A stretch of 51,111 nt of DNA from an uncultured Hyphomicrobiales bacterium (GTDB lineage Bacteria; Pseudomonadota; Alphaproteobacteria; Rhizobiales; JAJFHR01), in contig CAZVAZ010000002.1 in the NCBI GenBank assembly GCA_964625235.1, forward strand, positions 7,378 to 58,488. The letters run 5' to 3'. The position numbers were made by a program, and so were the translations under genes. Positions 44,005 to 51,111 of this stretch are shown in pieces (position 1 is the stretch's first letter; every line of letters starts with the position of its first letter). The notes under the pieces were generated by a model that ran no database searches, was not told where the DNA came from, and saw nothing but the letters and a program-made list of their open reading frames with translations.

Positions 44005-44475
44005 ATGAATATCGCAGACGCTATCCAGTTTCTATATCCCGCAGCCCAGCCACTTGAAGATTTTGAAGTCATGGATGAAAGTGACGGCAAGGGGCCGTTT
44101 ATAAGTAAATGGAACATTTTGCTTAAAAACGGCAAAAAAGCACCAATGCCAAGTCTGGACGAACTGACGGCGGCATATACCGCTTCGCAACTACCAACGC
44201 AAGAAGACTTTCGCACCGAGGCGCAACGACGCATTCTTTCCGTTTTTCCGGACTGGAAACAGCGCAATAACCTGTCGCGCATGCTGGAACTTTCCCGCAA
44301 GGGTGAGGCCAATTGGTCAACCGGTGAACGAGCTGAGGTTGCAGCTATTGAGGCAAACTGGAGTTGGTTAAAATCGGTGCGTACAGCATCTGACGAGTTA
44401 AAAATTACATCACCAACTGACTTTACAGAAGACAAGCACTGGCCGGCTCGACCACGATCAAGTGCTTTGGTATGA
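44005..44475 (+). CDS. XkdW-like / tail-fibre-assembly-chaperone-like protein
   Basis: The N-terminal MNIADAIQFLYPAAQPLEDFEVMDESDGKGPFISKWN...PMPSLDEL parallels Bacillus PBSX XkdW (as recalled). The C-terminal half resembles phage tail assembly chaperone repeats. It starts 3 nt after the upstream stop. Confidence 0.5.
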   Translation: MNIADAIQFLYPAAQPLEDFEVMDESDGKGPFISKWNILLKNGKKAPMPSLDELTAAYTASQLPTQEDFRTEAQRRILSVFPDWKQRNNLSRMLELSRKGEANWSTGERAEVAAIEANWSWLKSVRTASDELKITSPTDFTEDKHWPARPRSSALV

Positions 44476-44494
44476 ACAACACCGGCTCCGTCAA

Positions 44495-45715
44495 TTAAAG
44501 TGCCTGAAAAATATCGCTGGTTTGCCTGGCTCTATGAGCATAGGTATGGTTTTCCATGACCAGTTGATGAGCCTGATCGACAATTTTCTGCCAGTGGGAT
44601 TTGTCCTTTAGTTTTTCCACCACTTCTGAAATATTGGAAAAATTAGGTTCCAGTGAGATGTAATGTTCGTCCGCCGTCAGAATATCATTATACCGTCCGG
44701 GAAACATAATCTGACAGGTTCGCGTGCCGATAGCATCGAAGTTGCGCGATGAAATTCCCTTTGGATATACCGGGCATTTCTGTGCGGTTTTGAAAAATCG
44801 CTGATAGATATCGTCAAAATCAAGTTTTTCATCTTCAAAAACCCCATATTTGATAGGGCCTTTTTTCATCGCATAAATCAGTGGTGATTTTAACGCGGCA
44901 GGCAGATAGCGAACCAGGCGGCGCAATCTGCTTTTTTCACCGATCACCAGCCCGGCGCGATTTTGCGTGGTATAAGCGTGGACCTGATTTACCAGACCAT
45001 CATCAGGAGACAGATACCAGCTGCCGGTTTCAGTGGAAAGAACAGCTTTGCAACGGCCAAGAAACCCTCCCCATTTATCCGGCGTAAATCGATGAGTTGT
45101 ACTGATGTCGTGCGTGAGGCCAAGATTGGGGCAATGTTCAACGAAGTAGTCAATTATGCGATTGCGATCATCATCTCCCAGATGCGGCGGATAGCGATAG
45201 CTGCGCATGCCAACATCGATGGGCCGGTCTTCATAAGGTGTTTCAGCGTTGAATGCATCCGGATTAAGCGCATGAGGAATGGACACAATCTTTGCACCGC
45301 AACTTTGGTAAACATAACGACCGGCTTCTTCAAGCAACTGTGTTGCAATAACATCTGTGCGAATACTTTTAAACATCTTGATCTTGTCGGCCAAAGGTTG
45401 ATAGGGCGAGTTGAATTCATTGCCGACAAAGGCTAAAAGTATCGGGCGCTTTCGGTCCATCAAAACAGATTTTAACGGTGTAAGATAATCAAGAGTGTCC
45501 CCGGTTGCACTGTGCAGCAATATTATCAGATCGAACTCTTCAATGCAATTTGACAGATCAAATGGCTCAATTTTCATCAAATTTAAAACCTGACATTTGA
45601 ACAGCCTGGAGTTGGCATAGGCACCTATCCAATCGCTATAATATGATGCCCGGTGATCATATTGTAACGTGAGGATCAGGGCTCTAATTTGACTGCCATG
45701 GTCACCGTGTCCCAT
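44495..45715 (-). CDS. CgeB-like glycosyltransferase (second copy)
   Basis: ISSRNFDAIGTRTCQIMFPGRYNDILTADEHYISLEPNFSNISEVVEKLKD aligns with the C-terminus of the 19461-20846 product. It is 406 aa. Confidence 0.6.
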   Translation of the reverse strand: MGHGDHGSQIRALILTLQYDHRASYYSDWIGAYANSRLFKCQVLNLMKIEPFDLSNCIEEFDLIILLHSATGDTLDYLTPLKSVLMDRKRPILLAFVGNEFNSPYQPLADKIKMFKSIRTDVIATQLLEEAGRYVYQSCGAKIVSIPHALNPDAFNAETPYEDRPIDVGMRSYRYPPHLGDDDRNRIIDYFVEHCPNLGLTHDISTTHRFTPDKWGGFLGRCKAVLSTETGSWYLSPDDGLVNQVHAYTTQNRAGLVIGEKSRLRRLVRYLPAALKSPLIYAMKKGPIKYGVFEDEKLDFDDIYQRFFKTAQKCPVYPKGISSRNFDAIGTRTCQIMFPGRYNDILTADEHYISLEPNFSNISEVVEKLKDKSHWQKIVDQAHQLVMENHTYAHRARQTSDIFQAL

Positions 45716-45781
45716 CAGTTAAAATTTCCTTCTTTCAATGAAACTGATTTTCCGGCAGCCTCACGGAGTTGGTCTCACATT

Positions 45782-45905
45782 GCTGGGTAATCCCCCCATT
45801 TTTAATGGGGTCTATTTGTAGAACTACGCAGCTTGTTTCGGTTTCATAGCAGGCGTGAGCCCACCGATGGCCATATTGGGCCGGTCGTTGTTGTATGTAC
45901 AGAGC
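45782..45905 (-). pseudogene. IS3-like (rve integrase-core) transposase 3-prime fragment plus terminal repeat; right member of the inverted pair
   Basis: The minus strand reads ..LALCTYNNDRPNMAIGGLTPAMKPKQAA*, which contains the YNxxRPHxxLxGxTP motif of rve-domain transposases. It is followed by the terminus ending ..GGGGGGATTACCCA (TG at 45782-45783 on the + strand). The upstream limit is uncertain. Confidence 0.7.
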
Positions 45906-46093
45906 CAACATGTGGCTTGTTCTGGTGCCTCCTGATACTATTCGATAGATAAACTGAATCAGATAAATCAGGTGGTGTAAATATCTACCGGTGCACAGGT
46001 CTCATTGATTTATTTCGTAGATAAGATTTGAGCCTTCGGCCTTCTGGTTTTGAAACCTGAATCTGTCAATCTTTACACCTACACCCACAAACA

Positions 46094-46660
46094 CTACGGC
46101 CCAACTTCCCACCAATTCGGCCAATTAACCTTCCGCGGTGTTCGGGTCGCCTTGACAACTGTTTGCTGCTCCGTAGGCGTAAGACGACGATCCCCCAGAC
46201 GCGCAAGGGCTGCTTCAACGAGCCAGGGCTCAAGAACCATGCGGACGGTTTCGCGAAATCGATCAAGTTTTTTCGCCATACGCAGCGGTTCGAGAGCAGA
46301 GTTGACACTGCCAGGATAAACATAGTCAACGTGGATCTCGCTTGGAATAGAAGTGTCCGTGATCTGTAAGCTTTTTGCGCCTTCGATCGCGGTCATGGTG
46401 GCACGGGCGGCCATCATATCCCCTTCAAGCCCACGCTTGGCAAGCTGCAGCATGAAGGCCTCCGCCGCCGTGACCGTTCGTTCAACTCCATCTTCGCGAA
46501 TTGTCACCATCTGCCCAAGTACCGCTTCAAAGGGCGCTTCCTTATAGCGTCCCCGCGGTCGACCTGCAGGATTGCCACTCTGACCTTTTTTGAACCGCGT
46601 CGTGGCAGGCGTCCGTTTGTAACCAGATCCATTGTCTCCGCTATTTTCATTCCCAGTCAC
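46094..46660 (-). CDS. DUF5681-domain protein
   Basis: The N-terminal TTRFKKGQSGNPAGRPRG is the DUF5681 hallmark. It is 188 aa and has a 4-nt overlap with the upstream paralog. Confidence 0.7.
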   Translation of the reverse strand: MTGNENSGDNGSGYKRTPATTRFKKGQSGNPAGRPRGRYKEAPFEAVLGQMVTIREDGVERTVTAAEAFMLQLAKRGLEGDMMAARATMTAIEGAKSLQITDTSIPSEIHVDYVYPGSVNSALEPLRMAKKLDRFRETVRMVLEPWLVEAALARLGDRRLTPTEQQTVVKATRTPRKVNWPNWWEVGP

Positions 46661-47226
46661 TCGCCAGCTCCTTTCGGCCAGCGCAGACTGTCCGGATTGC
46701 TCACACGGCGCCGAATTTCTTTAACTTCATCCTCCGTGAGTTTGCTGCCGCCCCGACGCCTGCTTAATGCCACTTGCACCGCCCAGGGTTCCAACAACAT
46801 TTGCGCCCGGTCTGACGAGACATGCTGACGGTCCGGATTGGGGCTGGTGATGCCCAGCAGTAAAAGTGCAGCATCTGCATTGTCGGGGGTGTCCGAATAC
46901 CGCACCCTGACTCCCGGATGGGTTTTACGATTGCTGTTTGCATCGAGGTATTTTTCGCGCTTGGTGATCCATTTCAGCACCTCACGCTGCGCTGGCCGGT
47001 TGCCGTTCACAGCAGCTTGATAGGTTTGGTGCTGCAAGGCCTCTTCCACCGAGATCTCGCGCGATATGCCGTTCCGGGTAACCGTCAATGTCTTTTCAAT
47101 AACCACATCAAAGACCGACCCAGTTGACTTCGCTGCGGATTTTGGGCGACCCTTCGGATTGCCGCTTTGACCTTTGCGGAACCGTCCCTCCTGGGGAGGT
47201 CTTCCTGGCGCTGCCTTGTCGCTCAT
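46657..47226 (-). CDS. DUF5681-domain protein (paralog)
   Basis: The hallmark GRFRKGQSGNPKGRPKS is present. It is 189 aa and has a 4-nt overlap with the methyltransferase gene. Confidence 0.7.
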   Translation of the reverse strand: MSDKAAPGRPPQEGRFRKGQSGNPKGRPKSAAKSTGSVFDVVIEKTLTVTRNGISREISVEEALQHQTYQAAVNGNRPAQREVLKWITKREKYLDANSNRKTHPGVRVRYSDTPDNADAALLLLGITSPNPDRQHVSSDRAQMLLEPWAVQVALSRRRGGSKLTEDEVKEIRRRVSNPDSLRWPKGAGE

Positions 47227-48500
47227 GATGCATCTCCTGGCTCAAGGTATGGTTCACTACCTTTCAGCGCGCACCAGCGGTCAATGGCAATATCCACATA
47301 AGCTGGATCAATCTCAACACCGCGAAACTGGCGTCCCGTTCGTTCTGCCGCAATCAGCGTTGTGCCAGAGCCTAAAAAGATATCGAGAACAATATCGCCG
47401 TGGCGGGTCACATCTTTGATAGCATCAGCCACCAGACCGGTCGGCTTGACGGTTGGATGCAGTGCCAGATCCTCACTTCGGCTGCCCCTAAATGAGTTGA
47501 CCGAGGCATAATCCCAAACATTGGTCCGGTTGCGTCCATGCTTGCCAAGTTCGACCATGTTTAGGTGTGGCGCATGGCCGACCCTGTAGACAAAGATCAA
47601 TTCATGCTTAGAGCGATAAAGTGAGCCCATGCCCGCATTGGATTTGTTCCAGACACAAAGGTTGAGCAAGTCACCATAGATATCGCCACCCACAGCTGCA
47701 ACATCGTCCATATGCCGCCAATCCATGCAGATAAAATGCACAGCACCGTCGCGGGAGATACCTGCGCAGGCACCAAGTGTTTCAAAGAGGAAGGTCCGGA
47801 ATTCGCTCTTTGTCATTTCGCCCGAGGCCATGGCAAACTCACGGTGTCGTCCCGTGGTATTGGCATGGCCGCTAATCCGCACATTGTAGGGTGGATCAAG
47901 AAAAGCGGCATCAACCTTGGTGTCAGCACCAACAACCCTGCGAAGAAAGTCCAGGTTGCGGCCATCTCCACAACCGACCCGGTGATCCCCGAGTATCCAG
48001 ATATCTCCCGGTTTGGTTCGCGGTGTTTGGGGAACAGCAGGAATGACTTCATCGTCGGGATCGTCTTGCCCATCGAGGATCACATCGATTTCGCCGGTGG
48101 CAAACCCGGTTAATGTCAGATCTATGTCGACATCCATTGTCGCCAGTTCGGAAAGTTCAAGCTTGAGGATTTCCATATCCCAGCCGGCATTGAGTGCGAT
48201 CTTATTATCAGCCAGCCGCAGAGCACGCTTTTGGACTTCCGACAAACCGCCAAGGGCAATCACGGGCACCTCTGCCATCCCCATGTCCTTTGCCGCAAGA
48301 AGCCGACCATGTCCGGCAATAATATGGCCCTCGGGATCGGTGAGGATCGGGTTGGTAAACCCGAACTCTGCGATCGAGGTCCTGATTTGCTCAATCTGGC
48401 GCTTGGAATGCGTGCGCGCATTGCGCGGATCAGGCACCAATTCGCCCACAGGCCGGTAAGTAACGCTCAGCAGATGCGTGGGGGCCTTTCCTGTGCTCAT
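47223..48500 (-). CDS. ParB-like nuclease domain / DNA methyltransferase fusion (beta-class N6A/N4C MTase)
   Basis: The ParB-N motif is DPRNARTHSKRQIEQIRTSIAEFGFTNPIL...IIAGHGR. MTase motif IV is FLDPPYNV and motif I is VLDIFLGSGTTLIAAERTGR. It is 425 aa. Confidence 0.85.
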   Translation of the reverse strand: MSTGKAPTHLLSVTYRPVGELVPDPRNARTHSKRQIEQIRTSIAEFGFTNPILTDPEGHIIAGHGRLLAAKDMGMAEVPVIALGGLSEVQKRALRLADNKIALNAGWDMEILKLELSELATMDVDIDLTLTGFATGEIDVILDGQDDPDDEVIPAVPQTPRTKPGDIWILGDHRVGCGDGRNLDFLRRVVGADTKVDAAFLDPPYNVRISGHANTTGRHREFAMASGEMTKSEFRTFLFETLGACAGISRDGAVHFICMDWRHMDDVAAVGGDIYGDLLNLCVWNKSNAGMGSLYRSKHELIFVYRVGHAPHLNMVELGKHGRNRTNVWDYASVNSFRGSRSEDLALHPTVKPTGLVADAIKDVTRHGDIVLDIFLGSGTTLIAAERTGRQFRGVEIDPAYVDIAIDRWCALKGSEPYLEPGDAS

Positions 48501-48689
48501 AGACCTGTTCCAATAAATTGATTGAGTAAAATATATACATGCCAGGAGTTAACCTAATACTTAACAACCCCCATGTGGAAAGACTGGACTTCCCAGCGCT
48601 GTTGAGCGTTACTGGCATCGCGCCCGTTCTTTCGGGCCTGTTTCGGTACGGGCGGAATTGTTTCCCCCGATAACCGAAAGGACAAATCC

Positions 48690-48980
48690 ATGACATCCAG
48701 CACAACCAAATCATCTGCCCGCAAACCCGGCAGGATAAAGAGAGTACCTGCAATCAAGGTCACATCAGGCACGCCAGCAGCCTCTACACGGCTCGGGCAG
48801 ATTACAGAGCTGCTTCAGCGCACAGGAGGCGCCAGCCTTAACGAGCTTTGCACGGCCACCGGATGGCAGGCCCATTCAATCCGTGGGGTGATCGCCGGGG
48901 CACTGAAGAAAAAGGGCTATTCGATTACTTCCGAGCGCATCAACGGGGTGCGTCGCTACCAGATTGGAGCACCCAAATGA
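48690..48980 (+). CDS. DUF3489-domain protein
   Basis: ITELLQRTGGASLNELCTATGWQAHSIRGVIAGALKKKGYSITSE is the typical DUF3489 core. It is 96 aa. Confidence 0.75.
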   Translation: MTSSTTKSSARKPGRIKRVPAIKVTSGTPAASTRLGQITELLQRTGGASLNELCTATGWQAHSIRGVIAGALKKKGYSITSERINGVRRYQIGAPK

Positions 48981-49393
48981 CGCATGTAGTAAACATCGAT
49001 GCAAAAATCCAAACGCTTGATGGGCTTGATCTGGTTGCTTTGCGTATCGTCTGGGCTGCGAACTTCGGCTCGCCACCAAAGTTGCGTTCCGTCAATCTGC
49101 TGCGCCTCATGCTCGCCTGGCGCTTGCAGGCGGATGTTTTGGGCGGCATTGATCGTAAGACCCGCCGCAGTCTTACCCGTCGCGGTCCAGTGGTGCCTGA
49201 GGGCAGCGCGCTTGGTGATGGCGCTATTCTGCGCCGCGACTGGCAGGGTCGTCGGATTGAGGTCGTGGTCGAAACAGGCGGATTTCGCTGGGAGAACAAG
49301 CACTATCCCAGTCTCTCGGCCATTGCCCGGGCAGCGACCGGCACCCGGTGGAACGGTCCTAAGTTTTTCGGCCTTCGCGAGGCGCAGCGATGA
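48977..49393 (+). CDS. DUF2924-domain protein
   Basis: LDGLDLVALRIVWAANFGSPPKLRSVNLLRLMLAWRLQADVLGGID is the typical DUF2924 pattern. The ATG at 48977 overlaps the upstream TGA (ATGA). The ORF track opens earlier, at 48848. Confidence 0.7.
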   Translation: MTHVVNIDAKIQTLDGLDLVALRIVWAANFGSPPKLRSVNLLRLMLAWRLQADVLGGIDRKTRRSLTRRGPVVPEGSALGDGAILRRDWQGRRIEVVVETGGFRWENKHYPSLSAIARAATGTRWNGPKFFGLREAQR

Positions 49394-50982
49394 AGCCGCC
49401 TGTCAGACGTTGCGCGCTATACACTCGAAAGAGTTCTGAAGAAGGTCTCGAACAAAGTTTCAATAGCCTGGATGCACAACGCGAGGCAGGCGAAGCCTAT
49501 GTCAAAAGTCAGGCCAGCGAAGGTTGGCAAACACTACCTGGCCTTTACGATGATGGCGGGTATTCAGGTGGAACCATGGATCGCCCGGGATTACAGCAGT
49601 TGCTGATTGATATCGAAACTGGACGCGTCGATATCGTGGTTGTCTACAAGATCGACCGGCTGACCCGTTCATTGGCGGATTTCGCGCGCATGGTCGAAGT
49701 GTTTGAACGCCATAATGTTAGTTTCGTCAGTGTCACACAAGCCTTCAGCACCACTACCAGTATGGGTCGCCTAACTCTCAACGTGCTGCTCTCCTTTGCT
49801 CAGTTCGAACGTGAGGTGACTGGCGAACGGATCCGGGACAAGATCGCTGCCTCCAAGAAAAAAGGCATGTGGATGGGTGGCAATCCGCCGCTTGGTTATG
49901 ACTTGCCGCAACCCGGTTCCCATGCGCTGAGTGTGAATGCAACCGAAGCCGATACGGTGCGTATGATATTCAATACCTATTTGCAACTCAAATCTGTCCA
50001 TACGCTTGTCCGCTTTCTCGACGTCAGGAGCATCCGCTCCAAGGCTCGCACGACCCGGTCGGGCAAATCCATTGGTGGCCGAGCCTTGGGCCGAGGAGCA
50101 ATCTATCATCTGTTGCGCAATCGCCTTTATCTCGGGGAGATCCCGCATCGGGATCAATCCCATCCAGGCTTGCATACTGCCATTGTTAAAACAGAATTGT
50201 TCGAAGCTGTGCAGACGAGCCTTAACGCTAACGCCCGTCGCCGCAGGTCAACGGGCAAGAAAGTCGCCCGTTCGCCACTGGCTGGACGTATCTTTGATGC
50301 CGACGACCAGCCGATGTCGCCCACATTTGCCTATGGTCGCCATGGCCGTCTCTATCGTTATTATGTGTCTGCACCCTTGCAGCAAGGTGCTGAGCGCAAA
50401 CCAGATGATGATGCGCCGCGCCGCGTCCCTGCGGCCAAACTCGAGAACCGGTTGCTTGCAACAATATCCCGCTTCTTGGCCAACCCACCAGCCGATCCGA
50501 TTGCCATCATAACCCGCATTGAGATCCATGCCGACGCCGTCCAGTTGCTTCTGCCACTACAGTATTTCAACAAGATAAAGGACCGGCTTGATCCAGGAGT
50601 AACAGCCGAACCCGATCCCGCCGCACCAGGATACTTTCGCTTGGGCTTTCCCTGGCGTATGCAGGTGCGTAGTGGTCGCACCGAGATTTTGATGGGTGCC
50701 CGAAATACCCCTCAACCGGATCCGGTTCTAATTAAGGCCCTGCGCACTGCCCACACAATGATGGCAATGGATATCTCAAGAAACCCGGTTCTCGATACCG
50801 CACCGATCACTCCCTGGCGACGGCAACTCGTTCGTCTTGCCTTTCTTGCTCCCGATATCCAACGGGCCATTCTTGAGGGCCGCCAGCCCAGCAACCTGAC
50901 GCTCGCTGAGCTCATGAAAAGCGATATCCCACTTCACTGGTCAGAGCAGCACCGCAAATTCGGGGTAGAAAATACGGTTTAA
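49390..50982 (+). CDS. Large serine recombinase (resolvase catalytic domain plus recombinase and zinc-ribbon-like extension)
   Basis: The catalytic region is CALYTRKSSEEGLEQSFNSLDAQ. The motifs VVVYKIDRLTRSL and FAQFEREVTGERIRDK are also present. It is 530 aa with a 4-nt overlap with the DUF2924 gene. Confidence 0.9.
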   Translation: MKPPVRRCALYTRKSSEEGLEQSFNSLDAQREAGEAYVKSQASEGWQTLPGLYDDGGYSGGTMDRPGLQQLLIDIETGRVDIVVVYKIDRLTRSLADFARMVEVFERHNVSFVSVTQAFSTTTSMGRLTLNVLLSFAQFEREVTGERIRDKIAASKKKGMWMGGNPPLGYDLPQPGSHALSVNATEADTVRMIFNTYLQLKSVHTLVRFLDVRSIRSKARTTRSGKSIGGRALGRGAIYHLLRNRLYLGEIPHRDQSHPGLHTAIVKTELFEAVQTSLNANARRRRSTGKKVARSPLAGRIFDADDQPMSPTFAYGRHGRLYRYYVSAPLQQGAERKPDDDAPRRVPAAKLENRLLATISRFLANPPADPIAIITRIEIHADAVQLLLPLQYFNKIKDRLDPGVTAEPDPAAPGYFRLGFPWRMQVRSGRTEILMGARNTPQPDPVLIKALRTAHTMMAMDISRNPVLDTAPITPWRRQLVRLAFLAPDIQRAILEGRQPSNLTLAELMKSDIPLHWSEQHRKFGVENTV

Positions 50983-51019
50983 AATCGCTTGCGCACAACA
51001 TCGAAAATCTCCAATTACA

Positions 51020-51093
51020 CCTGTTATGGCGATAAAAACCCCTGTTAATGCATATAATACCAAACGCATTTAATTCTGACTCAACAGGGGTTT
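51020..51093. repeat. Second cluster of the CCTGTTA/AACAGGG motif, including an 11-bp perfect inverted repeat
   Basis: CCTGTTA occurs at 51020 and 51041, spaced 21 bp apart. AAACCCCTGTT (51036-51046) is the exact inverse of AACAGGGGTTT (51083-51093). TCAACAGGG (51081-51089) is identical to 12533-12541 in the left array. Confidence 0.8.
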
Positions 51094-51111
51094 CCAAATC
51101 ATTTGTGATCT

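Noticed and set aside
47223-48500. A restriction-modification defence system
   Set aside because: No endonuclease or specificity gene is adjacent. The ParB-fused MTase architecture is typical of orphan mobile-element methylases.
42935-50982. An intact prophage
   Set aside because: Only a fibre-like pair, the DUF5681 genes, a ParB-MTase and a recombinase are present. There are no capsid, portal, terminase, tail tube or lysis genes, and the pieces are separated by a glycosyltransferase gene and an IS remnant.

Overview
This 51.1-kb window is probably from an alphaproteobacterial chromosome. That taxon guess is an inference from the AapJQMP-type transporter and the DUF2793, DUF3489 and DUF2924 families. 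All calls come from reading the sequence and ORF track and recalling family motifs; no searches were run, so family names are motif-level recognitions and IS or repeat boundaries are approximate.

Positions 1-11.9 kb look like ordinary core genes on the + strand:
- the tail of an ABC importer (permease and ATPase)
- a LysR regulator
- a four-gene general amino-acid ABC transporter (aapJQMP-like)
- a VanX-type D-Ala-D-Ala dipeptidase
- a PHP-family phosphoesterase
- the kbl-tdh threonine degradation pair
- a decayed IS21-like relic in the gap before lysR

From about 11.9 kb to the window end everything looks accessory:
1. An IS graveyard at 12.2-14.5 kb. It holds an IS5-like fragment, an IS66-family element with an internally deleted tnpC, a second IS66-like 5-prime fragment and a 67-bp IS3-like terminus. 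Embedded in it is an array of ACAGGGAA motifs phased at exactly 21 bp.
2. A 31.3-kb glycan locus at 14.47-45.72 kb, almost entirely on the minus strand and bracketed by inverted copies of the same IS terminus. It has a 22-gene tailoring-rich operon containing:
   - 4 SDR epimerase/dehydratases, a DegT aminotransferase and 3 formyltransferase domains (one fused to a CE4 deacetylase-like domain)
   - a second CE4-like protein, WbqC, 3 SAM methyltransferases and a radical SAM enzyme
   - a FemAB-like transferase, 2 AsnB-like amidotransferases, Wzm and two tandem Wzt ATPases
   
   Upstream of the operon lie a NusG/RfaH-like paralog with an ops-like leader element, a MarR-type EPS regulator and wecB. 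A phage tail-fibre-like pair (DUF2793/C1q-like plus XkdW-like) sits in the opposite orientation.
3. A phage/integrative-element module at 46.1-51.0 kb: 2 DUF5681 genes, a ParB-DNA methyltransferase fusion, DUF3489, DUF2924 and a large serine recombinase. It is followed by a second cluster of the same CCTGTTA/AACAGGG motif, again with 21-bp spacing.

The best candidate for an undescribed system is the IS-bracketed glycan operon. It has very few recognisable glycosyltransferases, and I cannot map its chemistry onto a known pathway.
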